Of a DNA stretch of 64,000 nt, positions 59,240 through 64,000 are shown piece after piece. Within the stretch, counting starts at the first letter, position 1. Each line of letters opens with the position of its first letter. The notes under the pieces were generated by a model. The model ran no database searches. It had not been told where the DNA came from and was given only the letters and a program-made list of their open reading frames with translations. The translations under genes and the position numbers were made by a program. Source of the DNA: Tepidisphaera sp. GTDB taxonomy: Bacteria; Planctomycetota; Phycisphaerae; Phycisphaerales; UBA1924. The stretch lies in assembly GCA_050916045.1 (NCBI GenBank), contig CP051526.1, forward strand, positions 2,944,001-3,008,000. The letters are read 5' to 3'.

Positions 59240-60361
59240 ATGACGATCGATATGCCATTCGCCGCGACCGCCTCTTCACGCCCCATGGTGGCGGCCAATC
59301 GCTACGGTGTTGATTACCGCGAAGTGGCCGGGCGGCTTGGCTTGCCCCGAAGGCCGATCATCGACGCTCACCTCCATATCAACGGCGGAGCCGCCGCCCG
59401 GATCTTCCGCGATGCCGCCGATGCGTACGGCATCGGCCGGGTGTACTCGCAGACGCGGCCGGATCAGGTCGCCGAGGTCGCCAAGGTTCTGGGCGACCGC
59501 GTCCGGTTTGTCTCGATTCCTGCATTCAACGAGAAGGACCGCAAGCAGGCGTTCGGCCCGGGGTATCTGGACGTCATCCGGCGTCTGCACGGCGAGTACG
59601 GAGCGGGGATGGTCAAGTTCTGGAACGCGCCGCGGCTCCGCGACCTTTTGGACGGACCGGGTGCGGAAGAGTTCATCCCGTTCGACGCTCCGTGGCGTGT
59701 GAAAGCCGCTGAGCTTGCGATGAGCCTGGGGATGATGTTCAAAGCCCACGTCGCGGACCCGGACACGTGGTTCCGGACGAAGTACGCGGACGCTTCCAAG
59801 TACGGGACCAAGCTCGGCGCGTATGAGAGCCTGGAGCGGATGATCGATCGGTTCCCGGCGCCGTGGATCGCGGCCCACATGGGCGGCTGGCCGGAGGACC
59901 TCGCGTTCCTCGACGGGCTTCTCGGGCGTCACCCCAACCTCTATCTGGACTCGTCCGCGACCAAGTGGATCGTGCGCGAGATGTCCAAGCACACCCGCGA
60001 GGACGTGCTTGCGTTCATGATCCGCTGGAAGGGCCGGATTCTCTTCGGCTCGGACATTGTGACGACGGATGAGCACCTCGCGCCGGCTCCCGAGAAAGCT
60101 CACCCCATGGGCGACCTCGCCGACAGCCCGGAAGCCGCTTTTGACCTTTACGCCAGCCGTTACGCGGCGCTGCGGGCGATGTGGGAGACGTCGTGGGAGG
60201 GCGAAAGCCCGATCGCGGATCCGGACCTGATGATGACCGAGCCGCAGAAGTACAGCGCGATGTCAGCGCCGACGCTGAAAGGCTTCGCGCTGCCGCGGGA
60301 TGTGCTTGACTCGTTCTACCACGACGCGGCGGCGACGCTTCTGGCGAAGTACTACAAGTGA
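59240..60361 (+). CDS. amidohydrolase family protein
   Basis: IIDAHLH, HVADP, AAHMGG, NLYLDSSA, RILFGSD. Confidence 0.88.
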   Translation: MTIDMPFAATASSRPMVAANRYGVDYREVAGRLGLPRRPIIDAHLHINGGAAARIFRDAADAYGIGRVYSQTRPDQVAEVAKVLGDRVRFVSIPAFNEKDRKQAFGPGYLDVIRRLHGEYGAGMVKFWNAPRLRDLLDGPGAEEFIPFDAPWRVKAAELAMSLGMMFKAHVADPDTWFRTKYADASKYGTKLGAYESLERMIDRFPAPWIAAHMGGWPEDLAFLDGLLGRHPNLYLDSSATKWIVREMSKHTREDVLAFMIRWKGRILFGSDIVTTDEHLAPAPEKAHPMGDLADSPEAAFDLYASRYAALRAMWETSWEGESPIADPDLMMTEPQKYSAMSAPTLKGFALPRDVLDSFYHDAAATLLAKYYK

Positions 60362-60364
60362 GCT

Positions 60365-60580
60365 TCAGTCCGGCTCGCCGGGCTCGATGGAATCCTGCCG
60401 CCTGCGGACCTCGTCGGCGTGGACGAGCCTGGTTTCGATCGCGCCAAGGCGTTTGAGCACTTCGGTCAGCCGCTGATTGAGCGCCAGGATCTGCTGGGCG
60501 AGCTGGTCGACCTTGTGGTCGGAGAACGCTTGCGATTCCTCGAGCTTGAGCAGCCGGTCATCCGGGGTCGAATCGGGCAT
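60365..60580 (-). CDS. slyX: SlyX family protein
   Basis: DRLLKLEESQAFSDHKVDQL..Q coiled coil; GGAGG RBS; usual C-terminal PPHY motif absent. Confidence 0.7.
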   Translation of the reverse strand: MPDSTPDDRLLKLEESQAFSDHKVDQLAQQILALNQRLTEVLKRLGAIETRLVHADEVRRRQDSIEPGEPD

Positions 60581-60629
60581 GCGTTCCTCCGTGGCGGCGG
60601 GGTGCCGCCGAGAGTGATAGGCTCATTGG

Positions 60630-61304
60630 ATGAAGACCGCTTGCCTGACGGTGATGATGCTCGGGATGGTCGGGACCTCGCACGCTTTGGCGCAGGCCCA
60701 GGCCCCGGCGATCCGGTTTGACCTTTCTCTGGCCCAGCCCGGGGCGACGGCCGCGACGACCGACCCGTCGGCCCCTCCGGCGGTGGACCTCGCCAAGCAA
60801 GCTTCGATCGGCGTCAACCCTCCGGTCTTCGGTGCCGCAGATGATCGCTGGTGGCTGACGATCGCTCCGGCGATCGGCACGACGTTCAGCGACGAGACGA
60901 ACGTGGGCCTCCGGACGAGCCTGACGACCTTTGTCGCCGAGAACATCCAGATCGGCGGCGAGGGATCGCTCTGGTACTTTCAGCAGCCGGGGGACAACGC
61001 GTTCGGCGGAAGCCTCGGTTTCGTGCTTCGCTGGCACTTCGTGAACACGAACACGTGGACGGTCTTCCTCGACTCGGGGATCGGCGTGGTGGCGGCGTCG
61101 GAAGAGATTCCCAGCGGCGGGACGCAGTTCAACTTCATGCCGCGGGCGGGGATCGGGTTTACGCGGAAGATCACCGACGGCGGGGCGCGTTTCGAGATGG
61201 GCTTGGGCTGGCACCACGTCTCCAACGCCCGCATCAACGGGGACGACGAGAACCCGTCGATCGACCTGCCGATGGTGCATTTCGGAATCGTCTTCCCGCT
61301 TTGA
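60630..61304 (+). CDS. PagL-like acyloxyacyl hydrolase / outer-membrane beta-barrel
   Basis: signal peptide; LRWHF, GT.FNF, WHHVSNA catalytic-type motif, C-terminal FGIVFPL. Confidence 0.8.
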   Translation: MKTACLTVMMLGMVGTSHALAQAQAPAIRFDLSLAQPGATAATTDPSAPPAVDLAKQASIGVNPPVFGAADDRWWLTIAPAIGTTFSDETNVGLRTSLTTFVAENIQIGGEGSLWYFQQPGDNAFGGSLGFVLRWHFVNTNTWTVFLDSGIGVVAASEEIPSGGTQFNFMPRAGIGFTRKITDGGARFEMGLGWHHVSNARINGDDENPSIDLPMVHFGIVFPL

Positions 61305-61340
61305 TCCCGGCCGGTGCGTGCCCGCCGTATCGTTTGACGC

Positions 61341-62666
61341 GTGAAGTACGCCATACTCATCCCGCTGGGCGGCGGCGACGAGCCCCGTGATGGTGCGGAG
61401 GGGGCAACCCCCTTGGCAGTCGCGTCGCTGCCCCGACTGACCGAACTGGGCAAAGCCGGCCGCGTCGCGCTCGTTCAGACCCTCGGAAGCGCCGGGCTCT
61501 CGACGCTCGGCGGGCTGGCGGGCATTCTGGACGCGGGGTCGGGAGCCGGTCGGCGCGTCTCGGACGCTTCGCTTGCGGCGATGGGCTGCGAGGATGAGAC
61601 CGCGTGGGTGTACTCGCTGGGCTGGCTCGCGACGACGGATTCGAACGGCAATCCATCGGCGGCGGACACGGCGGTGGTCGCGGAATGGGACGAGTCGACG
61701 CTTTCGTCGGAGGAATCCGACAGCCTCTGGTCGGCGATCGGAACGGCATGGGCGGAGCAGGAGCCCGGACTGGCGGCCCGGATCCGCGTCGAGAGGCACG
61801 CGGGCCGCTGGGTCCTGATCGACGGCGTGCACGACCACGAAAGCGTGACAAGCCTGCCCCCGTGGCGGCTGATCGGTGAATCGTGGCGAAGCGCCGAGCC
61901 GGGAGGCGGCAATGTCGATGCGGCGTGGGTGCTCCGCCGGTTCATGCACATCGGCTCGGGCGTGCTCGCCTCGCACGACATCAACGCTTCGCGGCTGGAG
62001 CGCGGCTTGCCGCTGATCACGATCCCCTGGCCTTGGGGAAGCGGGCGCACGCCGAAGTGGCCGTCGTTTGCTTCGCGCTTCGCGAACGCGGGCGTCGCGA
62101 TCCGCGGCGAGATGATCACGGACGATGCGCTTGCCGCGTGCGTGGGTCGGGCTTTGGGCTGGACGGTTCGCGAGGTGCCGCCGGGGCGTACGGACGATCT
62201 CGGCGAACTGGCCGTGGATGCGCTGGGCACCAGCGATCTGGTGTGCGTCTGCGACGCCGGCGTGCTGCGAGCGTCCCTTGCCGGGGACGCGACGGGCAAA
62301 GCCCGGGCCCTCGAACGGTTCGATGCCGAGGTGGTCGCCCGCGTGCGGGCCAGGCTCACGGATTTCGGCGATCCCGAGGACGACGCCGAAGCCCGCGGGT
62401 GGCGGCTTCTCGCGCTTCCCGACGCGATCTGGCCGACGGGAGCCCTCGAGCCGTCAACGGACCCCGTCCCCGCCATTCTCGCGGGCGCATGGATCCGCTC
62501 GGTGGTCGAACGCCCCTTCACCGAAGCCGGAGCCGAGGATTCAGACCTTCGCATCAGTTCCCCCTCGGGCTTGATGGAGTTTTTCCTCGAAGGCGGGCTG
62601 GTGCGGGCGAAAGCGGTCCGCAAGCGCAAAGACGAGGTCGGCACCCTCTGGGAACTTGACACGTGA
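61341..62666 (+). CDS. ApgM-type (cofactor-independent phosphoglycerate mutase) fold protein, degenerate active site
   Basis: MKYAIL....DEP...TPL.VA..P.L..L...G, H.IN..R...G, WPWGSG, K..ALE.FD..VV, DPVP, F.E; metal ligands missing. Confidence 0.75.
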   Translation: MKYAILIPLGGGDEPRDGAEGATPLAVASLPRLTELGKAGRVALVQTLGSAGLSTLGGLAGILDAGSGAGRRVSDASLAAMGCEDETAWVYSLGWLATTDSNGNPSAADTAVVAEWDESTLSSEESDSLWSAIGTAWAEQEPGLAARIRVERHAGRWVLIDGVHDHESVTSLPPWRLIGESWRSAEPGGGNVDAAWVLRRFMHIGSGVLASHDINASRLERGLPLITIPWPWGSGRTPKWPSFASRFANAGVAIRGEMITDDALAACVGRALGWTVREVPPGRTDDLGELAVDALGTSDLVCVCDAGVLRASLAGDATGKARALERFDAEVVARVRARLTDFGDPEDDAEARGWRLLALPDAIWPTGALEPSTDPVPAILAGAWIRSVVERPFTEAGAEDSDLRISSPSGLMEFFLEGGLVRAKAVRKRKDEVGTLWELDT

Positions 62667-63382
62667 CAAACCCAACCAACAGCGACACCAACAAACCGGC
62701 GAGCGACAAGCACGCGACGGACAAGCCCGTGTACGACCTCGCGCCCGATGCTCCGCCCCCGGATCGCACGCCGAAGATCGAAGCACCGGGCCTCACCGAC
62801 GACTTCGACGAGGACGCGGACTTCGACACCGTTCCGGGCGTGACGCCGCCCCCGCGAACGGCCGCCGCGGCCGCGCCGGTGCCCGAGGATCCGTTCGTCA
62901 AGCCGGGCCTGGGGAGCGCCCAGACCATCGCCGCGCTCGGCGTGGTGGCACTCGTCGGCGCGGCGGTGCTCGCGGCAAGCCTGGGTACCCAGCCGTGGTA
63001 CAAGTCCGTGGTGCTTTCGATCTACCTGACGGCGCTGCAGACGCTCGCGGGCGTCGGCGCGGTGGTCTTCGCGGCGCGGATGGCGGAGAAGTCGCTGGGT
63101 CAGCTTGAGCTTGCGGCGGCGCGGATCCTGCTCGCGGTCGCGGCGGCGAGGTGCTTTCTTCCTGTCGCGTACAACGTGCCGTACACGGGGAGGGTGCTGG
63201 AAGGTCTGAGCGTGATCGCGACGTACGCGTTGATCACGTTTGTACTTTTCCGGTTGCCGCGTCAGCACTGGTTCGTGATGACGGCGACGCACGCCGCGCT
63301 GCTGGTCGTGCTTTGGCTGGGCGGAGCGATCCAGGTCTGGGCGAGCACGCCGGTTGGGCCGGCGACCCCGCCGATGCCGTGA
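62663..63382 (+). CDS. hypothetical membrane protein
   Basis: acidic N-terminus followed by ~5 TM helices; overlaps upstream stop (GTGA). Confidence 0.7.
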   Translation: MTNPTNSDTNKPASDKHATDKPVYDLAPDAPPPDRTPKIEAPGLTDDFDEDADFDTVPGVTPPPRTAAAAAPVPEDPFVKPGLGSAQTIAALGVVALVGAAVLAASLGTQPWYKSVVLSIYLTALQTLAGVGAVVFAARMAEKSLGQLELAAARILLAVAAARCFLPVAYNVPYTGRVLEGLSVIATYALITFVLFRLPRQHWFVMTATHAALLVVLWLGGAIQVWASTPVGPATPPMP

Positions 63383-63385
63383 CCG

Positions 63386-63901
63386 TCAGCGGATCTGGAA
63401 CGCGAGGATCCCGAGGCCGAAGAGCATCACCGCCGCGAGAATCAGCGCCGCGATGAACTTTCGGCCGGCGGCGTCAAGCTTGGCCGGATCCGCCGGACGC
63501 ACGAGCAGAAGCCTGGCCTGCGTTTCGGGCGTGAGTGCCCGACCTTCGGTCTGCGCGTCCTGGACGACGGCGATCACCAGGTTGGCGTCAAACGGCCGAA
63601 GCCCGAGTTCTTCCGCCCGGACCAGAAGCTTGCGCCTTCGTTCGGGCGTGAGCATCGCCGCTTTGCCGCCCTCGAGCGAGGAAGCGACATCGACCGCGAG
63701 TCGCCACCGGGCGTCCTGCGGCGAGAGTGTGCTGGCGAGCCTGTTCTCGCGAGCGACCTCACGCCGTGCGGCGGCTTCCTCGGCGACCCGCCGGATGACG
63801 GCCTCGCGAGCTTCGGGCCGCCTGGCGGGCTCGACGTGCGGGGTGGCGTCGGTGCCGACCAAACGGAGAACCGGGCCGGAATGTCGAGTGGTTCTTGACA
63901 T
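63386..63901 (-). CDS. hypothetical protein with C-terminal TM helix
   Basis: LEGG.AA.L.PERRR.L...A..LGLRPFDANLVIAVVQD; terminal TM; start uncertain. Confidence 0.7.
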   Translation of the reverse strand: MSRTTRHSGPVLRLVGTDATPHVEPARRPEAREAVIRRVAEEAAARREVARENRLASTLSPQDARWRLAVDVASSLEGGKAAMLTPERRRKLLVRAEELGLRPFDANLVIAVVQDAQTEGRALTPETQARLLLVRPADPAKLDAAGRKFIAALILAAVMLFGLGILAFQIR

Positions 63902-64000
63902 GTGGGATCGGAGTACGCCCTCCACCAACATTCTGACCCGGGATCCGCACTCCGGCCAGTGGTCGAACGTATTTCCGGCGCGGTTTGTTGCAATAACGCC

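Overview
GC-rich bacterial chromosomal window, most likely from a planctomycete of the order Phycisphaerales. This placement rests on GC-type dockerin-tailed secreted proteins, a DUF1559-type prepilin gene, a bacterial Topo VI A subunit, CxxC-zinc-finger membrane proteins and planctomycete-like REP elements. About 55 genes are present, mostly housekeeping and envelope functions (scpB, xerC, top6A, infC, two pdhA-like E1-alpha genes, aat, accD, amtB-glnK, PhoH2, ABC exporter, prfA, hisN, mraZ, slyX, tricorn protease). I found no rRNA, tRNA, CRISPR array, transposase or prophage. The strongest candidate novel system is a ~550-nt non-coding, highly structured region directly downstream of an orphan, apparently auto-regulated mraZ (57469-58019, minus strand). 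It carries about nine short hairpins with A(N)GGA-type loops and ends in an intrinsic terminator, the architecture of a CsrB/RsmZ-type CsrA-sequestering sRNA. The second candidate is a small protein with a ubiquitin/MoaD-like C-terminal Gly-Gly, whose Ala-Gly-Gly-stop codons are tandemly amplified as a 13-bp repeat and which is paired with a 1676-aa DUF5724/DUF4132 helical-repeat protein. Other observations include a secreted dockerin-tailed putative cysteine peptidase with short motifs typical of unrelated families, four apparent pseudo-enzymes, a 21-bp intergenic minisatellite and a lower-GC two-gene islet. All family calls come from motif recognition by eye, not database searches.
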